Below, in pieces: positions 63,502-64,000 of a stretch of 64,000 nucleotides of DNA. This DNA comes from an uncultured candidate division Zixibacteria bacterium. Lineage in GTDB: Bacteria; Zixibacteria; MSB-5A5; GN15; FEB-12. The stretch spans positions 436,883 through 500,882 of the forward strand of contig CAWDXE010000004.1 in NCBI GenBank assembly GCA_963806185.1, written 5' to 3'. Every line of letters starts with the position of its first letter. The stretch's first letter is position 1. The notes under the pieces were generated by a model that was not told the DNA's origin, ran no database searches, and saw nothing but the letters and a program-made list of their open reading frames with translations. Both the position numbers and the translations under genes were made by a program.

Positions 63502-64000
63502 CTAGCGATTCCAATCCGACTTCAGCAGGGACATCAAGAAATGGTCATAGAATGTGCCATTCAAACAAAAGTAATCCCGAAGAATGCCTTCCTTCTGAAA
63601 CCCCAGCCTCTGAAGCAATTTCTCCGAACGAACGTTTTCAGTATAGACTAAACCCTCAATTCGATTCAATCCCATCGCCTCGAAACCGTTTCTAATGACA
63701 ACCTCGAGCGCCTCGGTCATGATATGCTGCCCCCAGAAGCTGGGATCCAGGTCACAGCCGATCTCTGCGCGGAAATACCGCTTATCCCATTTGTGGAAGC
63801 CACAAGTGCCAATTAACTGCGAGTCACTCTTTAGTTCTATGCCCCATCGATTGCGGGTTTTTGATTCCGGATCTCTATAGAAATCAATAATCTCCTGAGC
63901 TTGTGAAAGCACAGTTAGAGGCGGCTCATCCATTAGGTATTTGGTAACGCTGGGATCACTCAAGTGGCGAAACACAAAAGCAGCGTCATTCGATGTTAGT
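63502..64000 (-). CDS. RimJ/RimL-family GNAT acetyltransferase (5' end outside window)
   Basis: LIGTCGF, AEIG.DL...FWGQ.IMTEAL, ENVRSEKLLQRLGFQKEG. The frame is open to the window edge (LTSNDAAFVF...). Confidence 0.88.
   Translation of the reverse strand, partial: LTSNDAAFVFRHLSDPSVTKYLMDEPPLTVLSQAQEIIDFYRDPESKTRNRWGIELKSDSQLIGTCGFHKWDKRYFRAEIGCDLDPSFWGQHIMTEALEVVIRNGFEAMGLNRIEGLVYTENVRSEKLLQRLGFQKEGILRDYFCLNGTFYDHFLMSLLKSDWNR

Overview
This is a chromosomal window from a moderately GC-rich bacterium, probably of the FCB group. The Cys-rich dockerin tails, T9SS-like/FlgD C-terminal domains and the 16S 3' signature suggest candidate phylum Zixibacteria (inferred, not searched). Most of it encodes secreted proteins. 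These include a tandem array of three paralogous ~850-aa exported proteins of unknown function (one frameshifted, one cut by the window edge), nine peptidase-family genes (two M16 heterodimer pairs, an EcxA-like metzincin, two S8, one M43, one C10), five proteins with dockerin-like tails and three with T9SS-like tails. It also holds glgP/pfkA, a beta-CASP nuclease with a LOG protein, pcm, an EVE protein, an SDR, a propeller sensor kinase with a sigma54 activator, and a complete rrn operon (16S-tRNAIle-tRNAAla-23S-5S). An AT-richer, multiply frameshifted PARIS-like (AAA ATPase + DUF4435) defence pair and a GNAT follow the rrn operon. The most notable observations are: (1) a tRNA-His with no encoded G-1 and a G1:U72/A73 acceptor end, like the Caulobacter-type exception; (2) a candidate cellulosome-like but peptidase-based dockerin/cohesin surface system with two dockerin subtypes; (3) a HesB/IscA-like selenoprotein with an in-frame UGA and a SECIS-like hairpin, which the ORF track truncates; (4) an inverted REP-like doublet with compensatory changes; (5) tandem enhancer-like boxes with no obvious target downstream of the sigma54 activator. 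No CRISPR array, integrase, transposase or reverse transcriptase was seen.
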